From an uncultured delta proteobacterium (GTDB taxonomy: Bacteria > Myxococcota_A > Polyangia > Haliangiales > Haliangiaceae), in NCBI GenBank assembly GCA_963743525.1, contig CAVUQH010000008.1, positions 64,001 to 128,000 on the forward strand: a stretch of DNA of 64,000 nt. Direction: 5' to 3'. The notes below the pieces were generated by a model, which was given only the letters and a program-made list of their open reading frames with translations, ran no database searches and was not told the DNA's origin. Position 1 is the first letter of the stretch; every line of letters starts with the position of its first letter. The position numbers and the translations under genes are program-made. Shown in pieces: positions 40,965 to 52,925 of the stretch.

Positions 40965-42335
40965 ATGTCCCCCCGCATTCCCGGTCTGCTCCTCGCTCTA
41001 CTCGTCGCCCCCGCGTGCGTGACCGACGACGGCGCTCCTGCCAGCGCCGGTCTCGAGTCCGCAGGTGGCGCGCTCACCTGGGTCGGTGACACACAGCTCG
41101 AGGTCGCCGGAGTGTGGCTGCCGCCGACGCTGGCGCCGGCCGCGGGACACCCGGTCGACGTCTACACCCAGACCTACCCGAGCGGCAGCGCGGCGCGCGT
41201 CGACCTGTACTGGCTGGACGGCAGCGGCGCCGTCGACTCGGCGGCGATGGTCGTGGACGCCGACGGCGTCGGCACCTACGGCAACAACACCCGGTGGCGT
41301 GCGGCCCTGCCCGGCGACGTGATGGTCAACGGCCAGACGGTGCAGTACTGGATCCGCGCCGAGGGACAGGACGGTCGCGTGCTGTGGGACAGCCGCTACG
41401 GCGACAACTACCGGGTCGCGGCCCGCCGCTACGACATCGCGTGGATGGGCGGCCTTGGATCGTGGCGACCGGTCAGTGGTGACTACGTCGAGGGTGGGCT
41501 GTTCAACGCCGACGGCGCCACCGCAACCGGCTGCTGGAACCACGGCGTCAGCGCCAGCTCGTATCGCGAGCGCGCGGTGCGGGTGTGGGCACCGGGGCTG
41601 ACCGACCGCGCTCTGGACGACGCCGAGCTGGCAGCCGCCAGCGCCATGGTCAACGTCGAGCTGTACACCGACGCCGGGACCAGCGGCTGGCAGGCGCGGC
41701 CGGCGCGGTTCGCCCAGCGCTGGGGCAACGACTTCGTCTACTCGTTCCGCTTCGTCAACTTCACCCCGGTGTGCATCGACGGGCTGGGCGACGGTACCTA
41801 CGCGTTCAAGCTGCGCGGCTCCACCGACGGCGGCGCTCACTGGTTCTGGCGCGGCAGCGCGAACGGGCCCGGCGGCGGCGACAACCTGCTGGTGCAGTAC
41901 GCGGCCCGCTGCAGCTACTTCGACGACCCGACCGACTGCATCCCCACCGAGACGCCGCTCACCCACCGCATCACCGGCGGACCGGTGGTGGTGTGGAACG
42001 GCACCAGCATCGGCGCCACCTCGACCTTCACCCGCGAGCTGCCGGGCGACGGCACCGCGCCGGTGACCGTGCGCGACATCGCGCTGCGCGGTCCCGACGC
42101 CGATCAGTTCGGCCTCGAGCTGTTCGACGTCACCCACGGCAGCTACGTCGATCCGGCCGGTCCGTTCAGCCTCGACGCGGGCGACGAGCTGCGCCTCATC
42201 GTCGTCCACCGGCCGACGGTGGCCAGCCCCGGCTCGCTGCCGCAGCAGGCCACCGTCACCTGGGTCGAGGAGGGCGCCTACGGTCCCGCGCGCACGATCC
42301 AGGGCATCTACTTGCGCGGCTATACCGCGCGGTGA
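40965..42335 (+). CDS. Multi-domain beta-rich lipoprotein (possible carbohydrate-binding/Ig-like)
   Basis: Lipobox APAC, YGNNTRW, WDSRYGDNY, WGNDFVY. Confidence 0.7.
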   Translation: MSPRIPGLLLALLVAPACVTDDGAPASAGLESAGGALTWVGDTQLEVAGVWLPPTLAPAAGHPVDVYTQTYPSGSAARVDLYWLDGSGAVDSAAMVVDADGVGTYGNNTRWRAALPGDVMVNGQTVQYWIRAEGQDGRVLWDSRYGDNYRVAARRYDIAWMGGLGSWRPVSGDYVEGGLFNADGATATGCWNHGVSASSYRERAVRVWAPGLTDRALDDAELAAASAMVNVELYTDAGTSGWQARPARFAQRWGNDFVYSFRFVNFTPVCIDGLGDGTYAFKLRGSTDGGAHWFWRGSANGPGGGDNLLVQYAARCSYFDDPTDCIPTETPLTHRITGGPVVVWNGTSIGATSTFTRELPGDGTAPVTVRDIALRGPDADQFGLELFDVTHGSYVDPAGPFSLDAGDELRLIVVHRPTVASPGSLPQQATVTWVEEGAYGPARTIQGIYLRGYTAR

Positions 42336-42336
42336 G

Positions 42337-43246
42337 CTAGTTCTGCGGCCAGACGGTGTGGAACAGCTCCATCAGCTTCTTCCACGACGCCTTGTCGGCG
42401 GCCTCGTTGTAGGCGACCGGGATGTTGTTGGCCTTGCCCAGCTCGGTGGCGTCCGGGTTGGTGAAGCCGTGCTTGGCGTCCGTCGTAGGCGACGACCTCG
42501 TAGTCGGCGCCGGCGTCGTCCATCTCCTTCTTGAACGCGTCAACCTGCTTCTTGGGCACGAACGGATCGGCGGCGCCGGTGGCGACGAAGATCTTGCCCT
42601 TGAAGGCGCCCTTCTTCATCGGCTCCTTGGTCGCGAGCATGCCGTGGAAGCTGGCGACGGCTGACAGCGGCATGCCGGCGCGGGCGGCGTTGAGCACCAC
42701 GCCGCCGCCGTAGCAGTAACCGATGGCGGCGATCTCGTTCGGCTTGGTCGCCGGCTGCTTGGCCAGAAGATCGTAGGCCGCCTTGAAGCGGTCGAGACCC
42801 TGGTCCTTCATCTTGGTGACCTCTTCCATGAACTTCTGCGCATCGGCGGCGTGCTCGGTGGTCTTGCCCTTGCCGTACATGTCGAGGGCGAACGCGGTGT
42901 AGCCCAGCTGCGCCAGCTGCTTGGCGCGGTCGCGCACGTACTGGTTCTGGCCCCACCACTCGTGGACGATCAGCACGCCCGGGTGCTTCTGCCCATCGTC
43001 CGGGTAGGCGAGGAAGCCGTTGAGGACGGTCGGCCCGGCGTTGTAGGTGAGCTCTTCGGTCTTGATGCCGGGGGTCGCCGGCTTCTCGGCCTCGGCTGGT
43101 GGCGCCGTCTCGGCCGTCTTGGTCTCGGCCGGAGGCGGCGTGCTCTTTTCGGCTTCGCCGCCGGTGTCTTTCTTCTTGCAGGCACCCGCGCCGAGCGCGA
43201 GGCAGAGAGTGGCGGCGATCGAGACGGTTCGAGCGATCTTCGTCAT
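42337..43246 (-). CDS. Dienelactone hydrolase family lipoprotein (frameshift near 42480)
   Basis: VHEWWG, GYCYGG, SFHG, ADPFV, AKHGFTNP; GGAGG RBS. Confidence 0.9.
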
Positions 43247-43360
43247 GGTGGCCTCCATGGGCGCGGAGCCTACCACGGCCGCTTCGTGTCTCCATTATAC
43301 ACCCGCTCGTGCTGACGATTGCAGCTTGTTCGTGACGCCGCGGATCGGCGAAATGGCTCC

Positions 43361-45142
43361 ATGGGCGCGGGCCATCTCGAGCGGGTGACGGGTTTATTGC
43401 AACGGGTGAGGACCCTGCCGGGCGATCCGGTAGCGCCGTGCGCGTACATGCGCCTGCGCACCGAGCGCGGCGAGCGCGACGTCGTTCTCGGCAGTCGCAC
43501 CGTGGTCAACGGAGAGCTGACGGTGGTCGACTGGCAGCACGCGCCGCTGGCCGAGGTGTTCTTCGGTCAGGCGCCGGGGGACGACTACGCGATCGACGTC
43601 GGCGGTCGCGAGGTAACCGGAACGCTGCTCGATCGGGGCTTGCTGCAGGTCAACGGCGGTGCGCTGGTCGGGATCACCGCGGTCGAGGCGGCGCGCGAGA
43701 TGCTGCCCGGGCGCGCGATCCGCGGCGGCGCCAGTCGGGCGCCGATCAGCGTGGACGATCTCGATCCGCTGCAGCGCGCCGCAGTCGAGCTGCCGGCGCG
43801 GCGGTCGCTGTGCGTGCGCGGCCCCGCCGGCGTGGGCAAGACGGTGGTGGCGCTCCATCGCCTGGCGCACCTCACCCGTGAGGCGGCTCGCGCCGGGCGG
43901 CCGATGAAGGCGCTGGTGCTGGTGCCGTCGGAGGGCCTGCGCCGGTTGTGCCTGCGCCTGTGGGAACGGATCGGCGGCGAGGGACAGCCGGAGATGGCCA
44001 CGGTCAACGACTGGATTGCGGCGCGCGCCCGGCGCGCGTTCCCGGGACTTCCGGCGCGCACGTCGCGAAACGCCAGCGCGGCGGTGATCCGGCTCAAGCG
44101 CCACCCGGCGGTACGCCAGCTGCTGGCCGAGCTGGGCAGCGGGCGGCCGAGACGCCGCGATCTGCTGCAGCTGTGGGGCGACCGGCCCCGCCTCGAGCGC
44201 ATCGTCGCCGCGGCCGGCGGCGCGCTGGGCGAGGCAAGCGTGAACGGCGCCATCGCCCACACCCGCGCGCAGTTCACCGCCACCACCGAGGAGGAGTACG
44301 CCCACGTCGACGCCGATCGTCTGGTGACCGTCAACCGGCGCGCCATCGACGATGGCACGCCGATGGAGGACGCCGGGACCATCGATGCCGAGGACTGTCC
44401 GGTGCTGCTGGAGCTGGCCGCCGCGCGCCGGCTGCGGCCCAAGCTGCCCCGCTATCACGCCATCGCGCTGGACGAGGTGCAGTTGCTGGCGCCGATGGAG
44501 CTGGCGGTGATCGGCCGGGCGCGCGCGCCGGGCGGAACGATCATCGCGTCGGGCGACAGCCGGCAGCAGACCGACGACAGCGCCTGGTTCGCCAGCTGGG
44601 CGGCGGCGATGGACGAGCTGGGCGCGACCGACCACGCCGACGTCGAGCTGGTCCACAACTACCGGTCCGCTCCGGCCATCGCCGAGCTGGTGGAGAACGT
44701 CATCGACGCGCGGCCGATCGCGCCCGATCCGAGCTGGGTGGTCACCTCGTCGTTCCCCACCGCATGTCACCAGACGTCCGCGCTGATCGAGGTGCTGGGC
44801 GCGCTGGTCGACAGCGATCCGACCATGACCATCGGCGTGATCGCCCGCGACGCCGACCGTGCACGCACCACTGCTGCGCGCCTGGCGCGCGGTCTCGACG
44901 TGTCGCTGGTGCAGGACGGAGAGTTCACCTTCGAGCCGGGCGTGGTGGTGACCAGCGTGGCCGAGGCCCAGGGTCTGGAGCTCGACGTGGTGGTGGTGCC
45001 GGACGCCTCGCGCGCCGTCTATCCCGACGCCGACGAGGCCCGCCGGGCGCTGTACGTGGCCGGATCCCGGGCCATCGACTGGCTGTGGATCACCGGCGTG
45101 GGGCCGCTGACGCCGCTTCTGTGCTATCCGTTGCCCCCGTGA
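43361..45142 (+). CDS. UvrD/HelD-like superfamily 1 helicase-type ATPase
   Basis: DWQHAP, GPAGVGKT, LDEVQ, GDSRQ, NYRS, AQGLELD. Confidence 0.82.
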   Translation: MGAGHLERVTGLLQRVRTLPGDPVAPCAYMRLRTERGERDVVLGSRTVVNGELTVVDWQHAPLAEVFFGQAPGDDYAIDVGGREVTGTLLDRGLLQVNGGALVGITAVEAAREMLPGRAIRGGASRAPISVDDLDPLQRAAVELPARRSLCVRGPAGVGKTVVALHRLAHLTREAARAGRPMKALVLVPSEGLRRLCLRLWERIGGEGQPEMATVNDWIAARARRAFPGLPARTSRNASAAVIRLKRHPAVRQLLAELGSGRPRRRDLLQLWGDRPRLERIVAAAGGALGEASVNGAIAHTRAQFTATTEEEYAHVDADRLVTVNRRAIDDGTPMEDAGTIDAEDCPVLLELAAARRLRPKLPRYHAIALDEVQLLAPMELAVIGRARAPGGTIIASGDSRQQTDDSAWFASWAAAMDELGATDHADVELVHNYRSAPAIAELVENVIDARPIAPDPSWVVTSSFPTACHQTSALIEVLGALVDSDPTMTIGVIARDADRARTTAARLARGLDVSLVQDGEFTFEPGVVVTSVAEAQGLELDVVVVPDASRAVYPDADEARRALYVAGSRAIDWLWITGVGPLTPLLCYPLPP

Positions 45143-46611
45143 AGCCCGCGCGTGATCCCGACCTGGCCGCCCGCATCGCCGAGGCCACCGAGCTGCTGGA
45201 GGCGCTGCATGCCGACCGCGGCCTGCTGGCCGGGGTCGACCGGGACGAGCGCGAGCGGTTCCTCATCGCCGCCGGCCGGGTGGCACGGCCGGGGCCGCGG
45301 GAGAAGCGGGCGCTGACCCGCGCCTTTCGCCGCCAGCGGCGCGAGGCGATCAAGGCGGCCGACGCCCGCGTGCTCGATCAGACCGGCATCCGCGCGCTGC
45401 GCCGCGCCCCGGTCTTCACCACGCCGCAGCTCGCGGCACCGATCGACGGCGGCGCGGAGCTGCCCGACGATCCGACCGCGGAACAGGTGATAGACGCGCG
45501 CGTCTGCTACGTGTGCAAGGCGCGCTTCAACCAGCTCCACCACTTCTACGATCAGATGTGCCCGGCCTGCGCCGCGCTCAACTGGGACAAGCGCAACCAG
45601 AGCGCGGATCTGACGGGCCGGGTCGCGCTGATCACCGGGGCGCGGGTGAAGATCGGCTACCAGGCGGCGATCAAGCTGCTCCGCGCCGGCGCCCACGTGG
45701 TGGTGACGACCCGCTTTCCGCGCGACGCCGCCGCCCGCTACGCCGCCGAGGCCGACGCCGCCGCCTGGAGCGGTCGCCTGGAGATCCACGGTCTGGATCT
45801 GCGCCACACGCCCAGCGTCGAGGCGTTCGCCCGCCACCTGCTCGACTCGCTGCCGCGCCTCGACTTCATCCTCAACAACGCCTGCCAGACCGTGCGCCGG
45901 CCGGCTGGCTACTACGCTCATCTGATGGACGGGGAGCGGCGGCCGCTGCTGGCGATGCCGGAACCCGAGCGGGCGCTCCTGGCCGGCTTCGACGCCATGG
46001 CTGCCTCCCACGACTCCGCGGCGCTGTCGCAGGTGGCGCTGTTACCCGAAGACCTCGAGCGCTCGGCACGGATCTTCCCCACCGGCCGGCTGGACGCCGA
46101 CCTGCAGCAGGTCGATCTGCGCGCGCGCAACAGCTGGCGACTGGCGCTCGACGAGGTGTCGGCGGTCGAGTTGCTGGAGGTTCAGCTGGTCAACGCGGTG
46201 GCGCCGTTCATCCTCAACTCGCGGCTCAAGGCGCTGATGGTGCGCCACCGATCACCGGACAAGCACATCGTCAACGTGTCGGCGATGGAGGGGCAGTTCT
46301 ACCGCCGGTGGAAGACCGACAAGCATCCGCACACCAACATGGCCAAGGCGGCGCTCAACATGATGACGCGCACCTCGGCAGCCGACTACGCGCGCGACGG
46401 CATCCACATGAACAGCGTCGACACCGGCTGGGTCACCGACGAGGACCCGGCGGCGCTGGCGGTCAGGAAGACCGAAGTTCACGGGTTTCATCCGCCGCTA
46501 GATGTGGTGGACGGGGCGGCCAGAATCTGTGACCCGATCTTCTCCGGCTTCCTGACCGGCCAGCATCGGTGGGGGCTGTTCTTCAAGGACTACGCCCCCA
46601 CCGATTGGTAG
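45139..46611 (+). CDS. SDR oxidoreductase with N-terminal extension and CxxC...CxxC motif
   Basis: GTGA overlap; CYVC...CPAC, TGARVKIG, NNA, TNMAKAALN. Confidence 0.88.
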   Translation: MKPARDPDLAARIAEATELLEALHADRGLLAGVDRDERERFLIAAGRVARPGPREKRALTRAFRRQRREAIKAADARVLDQTGIRALRRAPVFTTPQLAAPIDGGAELPDDPTAEQVIDARVCYVCKARFNQLHHFYDQMCPACAALNWDKRNQSADLTGRVALITGARVKIGYQAAIKLLRAGAHVVVTTRFPRDAAARYAAEADAAAWSGRLEIHGLDLRHTPSVEAFARHLLDSLPRLDFILNNACQTVRRPAGYYAHLMDGERRPLLAMPEPERALLAGFDAMAASHDSAALSQVALLPEDLERSARIFPTGRLDADLQQVDLRARNSWRLALDEVSAVELLEVQLVNAVAPFILNSRLKALMVRHRSPDKHIVNVSAMEGQFYRRWKTDKHPHTNMAKAALNMMTRTSAADYARDGIHMNSVDTGWVTDEDPAALAVRKTEVHGFHPPLDVVDGAARICDPIFSGFLTGQHRWGLFFKDYAPTDW

Positions 46612-46614
46612 CCG

Positions 46615-47133
46615 CTAGATGAAGATGACCTGGCCTCCTTCGCTGAGGTCGATGAAGTCCATCGCCGAGATGACGTCCTTCACCTGGGGCAGCAGGTCCT
46701 CCTTTTCCAGCTTGAACATGTCCATCGCCATCTGGCAGGCGTACAGCTCGGCGCCCGCGTCCGACAGCATCTCGATCATTTCGCGGACCGTCGGGATCTC
46801 GAGCTCGGCCATCTCCTTGCGCATGCGGCTGGTGGCCAGGCTCTCCATTCCAGGCAGGCCGCCCAGCATGGTCGGAATCGGCAGGGAGGGATTGCCGACC
46901 GTCGACACGTGGAGGTGATCGACCTTCTTCGTATTGATTACGTCCATTCCCCAGAAGGTGAAGAAGATCATCGCGTCGACACCGGCCATGCGGGCGGCGT
47001 TGGCCAGGATCAGGCCCGGGTAGGCCATATCCAGGCTGCCCTTGGAAACGATTACGGCGAGCTTGCGCGCCGGTTCTGCGGCGAGGTCGGAGCCCGTCGT
47101 GGTGGGAGCGGTTTGCGTCTGCATCTGAGTCAT
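46615..47133 (-). CDS. DsrE2/DsrE-like sulfurtransferase
   Basis: SKGSLDMAYP, IFFTFWG, YACQMAMD. Confidence 0.88.
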   Translation of the reverse strand: MTQMQTQTAPTTTGSDLAAEPARKLAVIVSKGSLDMAYPGLILANAARMAGVDAMIFFTFWGMDVINTKKVDHLHVSTVGNPSLPIPTMLGGLPGMESLATSRMRKEMAELEIPTVREMIEMLSDAGAELYACQMAMDMFKLEKEDLLPQVKDVISAMDFIDLSEGGQVIFI

Positions 47134-47140
47134 CTCCTCG

Positions 47141-47455
47141 TTACAGGCAGGACTTGGGCTTGGGCAGACCGGCGAGGCGGGCGACGAGCTTGCCCGGGCC
47201 TTTGGGGAACAGCTTGTACAGCTCCTTCATGTCCACCTTGGTGTTGGCGGCGATCCGGCGAAGGCCGGGCGACACGCCCTTGTCGGCGAAATCTTTGCGC
47301 GCGAAGTCGATGACCTCCCAGTGACGCTCGGTGAGGGTGAGGCCGAGCTCGGCGGCGATCGCTTCGCCGACGGCGCGCGACCACTGACCGGCGTCGGTCA
47401 TGAAGCCCTCGTTGTTCAAGTCGACCGTGGTTCCGGCGTAGGTGTGCTGCAACAT
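47141..47455 (-). CDS. tusE: TusE/DsrC family sulfur relay protein (single C-terminal Cys)
   Basis: EGFM, HWEVIDFAR, LYKLFPKGP, AGLPKPKSCL. Confidence 0.9.
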   Translation of the reverse strand: MLQHTYAGTTVDLNNEGFMTDAGQWSRAVGEAIAAELGLTLTERHWEVIDFARKDFADKGVSPGLRRIAANTKVDMKELYKLFPKGPGKLVARLAGLPKPKSCL

Positions 47456-47474
47456 GGGGTGTTCCTCCTCGGTT

Positions 47475-48743
<1,269 letters not shown>

Positions 48744-48768
48744 GCGCGATACCTCCGCCGCGTCGTAG

Positions 48769-48784
48769 AGCACGGGCTGTGCCA
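48769..48784 (-). promoter_or_regulatory. Sigma-54 promoter of the sqr operon
   Basis: TGGCACAGCCCGTGCT, GG-N10-GC. Confidence 0.65.
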
Positions 48785-48898
48785 GGCGCGATCGGTCTCC
48801 TATCGCCGATTCTCGTCAGTTCGTTTCGACTCGCCCCGAAATCCCGGCGCTCGGGGCCAGCGTTAACGCAAGGCTTGCGCACACCTGCAGGAATCGGA

Positions 48899-49375
48899 TC
48901 AGGCGTGCTTCTCGTACGTGCCCATCAGCGTCGCTTCGGCGAGCACGTGACCTTCCATCGCGCGATCCAGATCGGCGCGCGTCGCCGCGCCGAGACTTGG
49001 CAGCACGGTGTCGAGTGCATACAGGTGGAAGAAGTAGCGGTGCCGGCCAATGGGCGGGCACGGACCGCCGTAGTCGGTGCGCTGGAAGTCGTTGCGACCG
49101 AAGTGCACCTCGATGGGAAAGTCGGCGGGCGTCTGACCGCTGGCGATCTGCCCGCTCGAGGCCGGCAGGTCGTAGACCACCCAGTGAACCCAGGTCATCT
49201 TCGGCGCCGACGGATCGGGAGCGTCGGGGTCGTCGACGACCAGCGCCAGGGACCGCGATCCCGATGGCACCCCGCTCCAGGCGAGGTGGGGCGAGAGGTT
49301 CTCGCCTTCGCAGGTGAACCGCGGCGGAATCCGACCGCCGTCTTCGAAGTCGTCGGAGCGGAGCACGAACGCCAT
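48899..49375 (-). CDS. YbhB/YbcL family (PEBP/Raf kinase inhibitor-like) protein
   Basis: SPHLAW, DDPDAP, WVHWV, YGGPCPP, HRYFF. Confidence 0.93.
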   Translation of the reverse strand: MAFVLRSDDFEDGGRIPPRFTCEGENLSPHLAWSGVPSGSRSLALVVDDPDAPDPSAPKMTWVHWVVYDLPASSGQIASGQTPADFPIEVHFGRNDFQRTDYGGPCPPIGRHRYFFHLYALDTVLPSLGAATRADLDRAMEGHVLAEATLMGTYEKHA

Positions 49376-49474
49376 GGCAGCCTCCGTCGGGTCCGGACGT
49401 AGCAAAACACCGAGGGCGGTGTTCTGGTTGTGGCGTCCGAGAGGACCCGGAGCACCGCCCTCGGTGGTAACCCG

Positions 49475-49696
49475 TTAGTTCTTGAGCCAGCGGTTGAGCT
49501 TTGCTGCGGTCGATTCGGAGAGCTTCTCCCAGCCGTCGCGCAGAGCTTCGTCGAGCTCGTGAAGCTTGGCCTGGATGCGCTTCTTTTCGTCGGCCGCAGC
49601 AGTGCGGGTGTCGGCCTTGAGCTTGGCCAGGTTGGCCTGCAGCTCTTTGCGGCGCGCTTCGACGTTGTCGCGGAGTTTGTCGGTTTCCTTGAGCAT
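49475..49696 (-). CDS. 73-aa coiled-coil hypothetical protein
   Basis: MLKETDKL...DGWEKLSESTAAKLNRWLKN, preceded by a sigma-54 motif. Confidence 0.7.
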   Translation of the reverse strand: MLKETDKLRDNVEARRKELQANLAKLKADTRTAAADEKKRIQAKLHELDEALRDGWEKLSESTAAKLNRWLKN

Positions 49697-49708
49697 GCCC
49701 AGGTGATT

Positions 49709-49724
49709 TGCATGCGACGTGCCG
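49709..49724 (-). promoter_or_regulatory. Sigma-54 promoter
   Basis: CGGCACGTCGCATGCA, GG-N10-GC, 12 nt before ATG 49696. Confidence 0.6.
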
Positions 49725-50020
49725 GCGACCGAAACGGCCGAAACACGGCTGATTCGGCTTCGCAAGCGTGGCGGGATGTCTCGGCTGTGACCTGTCGCCT
49801 CGGATACCTGGCGCGGCCGTAGCCGGCCATACGATCGCGCGCAGACGTGAGCATGCGGGTTGTGTACGGCTCGATCGCACTGGTCCTGGTGGCCGCTTCG
49901 TGCACCTCCGGTCGTGCGGAACCTCCCGCGCACCGCGGAAAACCGCGCGCGGTGCCGCTCGAGCTGCGTCAGAGCCGGCGGTGGCGCCCGGCGCGCCGCT
50001 GAGTCGCGGTACAGTACGGC

Positions 50021-50944
50021 ATGTCCTCCTTCACCGGTGGGTGCCTGTGCGGCGGGGTGCGCTACGCATTCGATGCCTACTTCGACGCCGGCTACTGCCA
50101 CTGCGAGACCTGCCGTCGCTGGTCGGGCGCGCCGGTGCTGGCGTGGGCCCGCATCGGCGCCGACCATCTGCTGTCGCTGGAAGGGACGCTCACCGCGCAC
50201 GCCACGTCGACCGACGGCGAGCGCTGTTTCTGCCCCACTTGCGGATCGGCGCTGCTGTTCCGCCCGGCCGGCGGCGAGTGGGTGCAGATCAACCTGGGCA
50301 CGCTGGACGATCCGTCGCTGCTCGCCCCGCGCGTGCACATGTGCGTTGACCGACAGCTGCCGTGGCTCGAGCTCGACGACCTGCTGCCGGCCATCGAGGG
50401 TGATCAGCTGCCGGCCCCCGATCAGCGCCGGCCGCTGCGTGCCGACGCCGATCCCACGGTCACTCGCGAATCCGATCTGACCCTGCGCGAGCTGCGCGCC
50501 GCCGACGCGGTCGCCGTCCTGCTCCTGCACGTTGCCGGCAACCAGCGCCGCTTCGTCGCCAGCAACGCCATCTCGCTGGCGCAGGCGCTGTTCGAAGAGC
50601 GGGCCTGGTACCGCGGCATCTACGCCGGCGACACCGCGGTCGGCTTCGTCATGCTGCGCCCGCTCGAGCACGACCTGGCCGGTCTGCCGTCACGCGGCGA
50701 TCCGTTCCTCTGGCGTTTCATGATCGACATCCGTTACCAGCACCTCGGATTCGGCAGCCGCGCCCTCAAAGCCGTCGTCGACTGTGCCCGCGACTGGGGC
50801 GAGCCCAACGCCTTCTGGCTCAGCTGCGAGCCCGGCACCGGCAGCCCCTACGACTTCTACCTCGCCGCCGGCTTCACCGATACCGGCGCCACCGATCCCG
50901 ACGGCGAACGCATCCTCTACCTTCCCTACCAGGGACGGTCTTAA
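50021..50944 (+). CDS. GFA (Mss4-like Zn) domain fused to GNAT acetyltransferase
   Basis: GGCLCG, CHCETCR, FCPTCGS; then WRFMID..YQHLGFG, FY...GF. Confidence 0.88.
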   Translation: MSSFTGGCLCGGVRYAFDAYFDAGYCHCETCRRWSGAPVLAWARIGADHLLSLEGTLTAHATSTDGERCFCPTCGSALLFRPAGGEWVQINLGTLDDPSLLAPRVHMCVDRQLPWLELDDLLPAIEGDQLPAPDQRRPLRADADPTVTRESDLTLRELRAADAVAVLLLHVAGNQRRFVASNAISLAQALFEERAWYRGIYAGDTAVGFVMLRPLEHDLAGLPSRGDPFLWRFMIDIRYQHLGFGSRALKAVVDCARDWGEPNAFWLSCEPGTGSPYDFYLAAGFTDTGATDPDGERILYLPYQGRS

Positions 50945-50988
50945 GTTTCTAAGCAACTTCCCGTGCAGTTTCGGGAGCTTGCGCGAAA
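50932..50988 (+). repeat. 57-bp AT-rich dispersed repeat, copy 2
   Basis: Gapless match to reverse complement of 34421-34477. Confidence 0.75.
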
Positions 50989-52200
50989 TCACTCGCTGCG
51001 CAGCGCGTCGATCGGGTTCATCTTCGCCGCCTTGCGCGCGGGGAAGAAACCGAACACCACGCCGACGAACACCGAGAAGGCGAACGGCACGCCGACCACC
51101 ATGGCGTCAACCGTGAGCGGCAGCCCCAGCTTGCTGGTCGCCGCGTAGGAACCGGCCAGCCCCAGGGTGATTCCGGCGATGCCGCCGATCATCGACAGCA
51201 CGATCGACTCGACCAGGAACTGCACCAGCACGTCGCGGCCGCGCGCGCCCAGCGCCATGCGCAGGCCGATCTCGCGGGTGCGCTCGCCCACCGCCACCAG
51301 CATCACGTTCATGATGCCGATGCCGCCGACCAGCAAGCTGATCGCCGCGATGGCTGCCAGCAGCGACGTCAACACGCTGGTCACCCCTTCGACCGTGGCC
51401 GCGATCTCCTTCATGTCGTGGACTTCGAAGTCGGGGATCTCGCCGGCGCGGATCCGCCGCCGCTCGCGGAACAGCTGCTCCAGCTCGGTCTTGACCCTCG
51501 CGGTGTCGGCCCCCTCGGCCGCCGACACGAACAGCATGCCCACGTCGCGGTTGCCGGCGATGCGTCGCTGGAAGGTCGCCAGCGGGATCAGCACGAAGTC
51601 GTCCTGGTCCATCCCCAGCGTCGATTTGCCCTTGGCCGCGAAGGTGCCGATCACCCGCACGCTGATGTCGCCCACGCGAACGCGTGCGCCGATCGGGTCC
51701 TGGTTGCCGAAAAGCTCCCGGCGGACGGTGTCGCCGAGGATGCACACCGCCGCGCCCGCCCGCTGCTCCGCGTCGGTGAACGCCCGCCCGCGCGCGATAT
51801 GCCGCGACAGCGCGCGCAGGTAGGCGTCGGTCGACCCGGTCACGTTGGTCTGGCTCTTGGCTCCGCCGTAGACCGCGATCACCGGCTGCGACGCGGTCGG
51901 CGCCACCGCCGCCACGCCGGCTACCTGCGACGCCGCGGCCCGGGCGTCGTCCTCGCTGAACGGCCGCACGGTGGTGCGTTGCGGCCCGTGGCCGCCGGGC
52001 GCCCCGGGGGTGACGAACAGCAGGTTCTGCCCCATCCCCGACAGCTCGCGGTCAACCTGCATCGCCGCGCCGCGACCGAGCGCGACCATGGCGATCACCG
52101 CCGCCACGCCGATCAGCACGCCCAGCGCGGTCAGCGACGAGCGCATCAGGTTGCGGCTGACCTGCCGCAGGGTGACCACGATGGCGTTCCAGACGATCAT
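50989..52200 (-). CDS. MacB-type ABC transporter permease
   Basis: [42 protein letters not shown]. Confidence 0.93.
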   Translation of the reverse strand: MIVWNAIVVTLRQVSRNLMRSSLTALGVLIGVAAVIAMVALGRGAAMQVDRELSGMGQNLLFVTPGAPGGHGPQRTTVRPFSEDDARAAASQVAGVAAVAPTASQPVIAVYGGAKSQTNVTGSTDAYLRALSRHIARGRAFTDAEQRAGAAVCILGDTVRRELFGNQDPIGARVRVGDISVRVIGTFAAKGKSTLGMDQDDFVLIPLATFQRRIAGNRDVGMLFVSAAEGADTARVKTELEQLFRERRRIRAGEIPDFEVHDMKEIAATVEGVTSVLTSLLAAIAAISLLVGGIGIMNVMLVAVGERTREIGLRMALGARGRDVLVQFLVESIVLSMIGGIAGITLGLAGSYAATSKLGLPLTVDAMVVGVPFAFSVFVGVVFGFFPARKAAKMNPIDALRSE

Positions 52201-52925
52201 GCGCTGGCCTGTAGCGGTGGCGGCGCGGCGCTGACCTCACCGTCGCGGAACTGCACGATTCGGTCGGCGTATTCGGCCATCTCCGGTTCGTGGGTGACCA
52301 TGACGATGGTCAGTCCGTGGTCGCGGTTGAGCCGGGCCATGAGCTGCAGGATCTCGTGGCCGCGTTTCGAGTCGAGGTTGCCGGTCGGCTCGTCGGCCAG
52401 CACCACCGATGGATCGGTGACCAGGGCGCGGGCGATGGCGACCCGCTGCTGCTGCCCGCCCGACAGCTGGTTGGGCTTGTGGTGCTCGCGTCCCTCGAGG
52501 CCGACGTCGATCAGCGCCTGCTGAGCCTTCTGCCGGCGCCGGCTGGCACGCACGCCCTGGTAGATCATCGGCAGCTCGACGTTCTCCAGCGCCGAGGTGC
52601 GCGGCAACAGATTGAAGCCCTGGAAGACGAAGCCGATGAAGTTGCGGCGCAGGGCCGCCCGCTGGTCGCGGGTCAGCCGCTGCACGGGAACGCCGCCGAA
52701 CAGGTAGACCCCCGACGTCGGCACGTCGAGGCAGCCGAGGATGTTGAGACAGGTCGACTTGCCCGATCCGCTGGCGCCCATCAGCGCCACGAACTCGCCG
52801 TTGTCGACGCGCAGGTCGATGCCGCGCAGCGCGTGCACCGCCGCGGCGCCTTCGCCGTAGACCTTGGTCACGCCGCGCAGCTCGAGCAGCGGTGGCCAGT
52901 GGTCGCTCTTTTCCTCGGTAGTCAT
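52197..52925 (-). CDS. ABC transporter ATP-binding protein (MacB/LolD-like)
   Basis: [31 protein letters not shown]. Confidence 0.95.
   Translation of the reverse strand: MTTEEKSDHWPPLLELRGVTKVYGEGAAAVHALRGIDLRVDNGEFVALMGASGSGKSTCLNILGCLDVPTSGVYLFGGVPVQRLTRDQRAALRRNFIGFVFQGFNLLPRTSALENVELPMIYQGVRASRRRQKAQQALIDVGLEGREHHKPNQLSGGQQQRVAIARALVTDPSVVLADEPTGNLDSKRGHEILQLMARLNRDHGLTIVMVTHEPEMAEYADRIVQFRDGEVSAAPPPLQASA

Noticed and set aside
47141..47455. dsrC as evidence of dissimilatory sulfate reduction
   Set aside because: The second conserved Cys is absent and no dsrAB is in the window.
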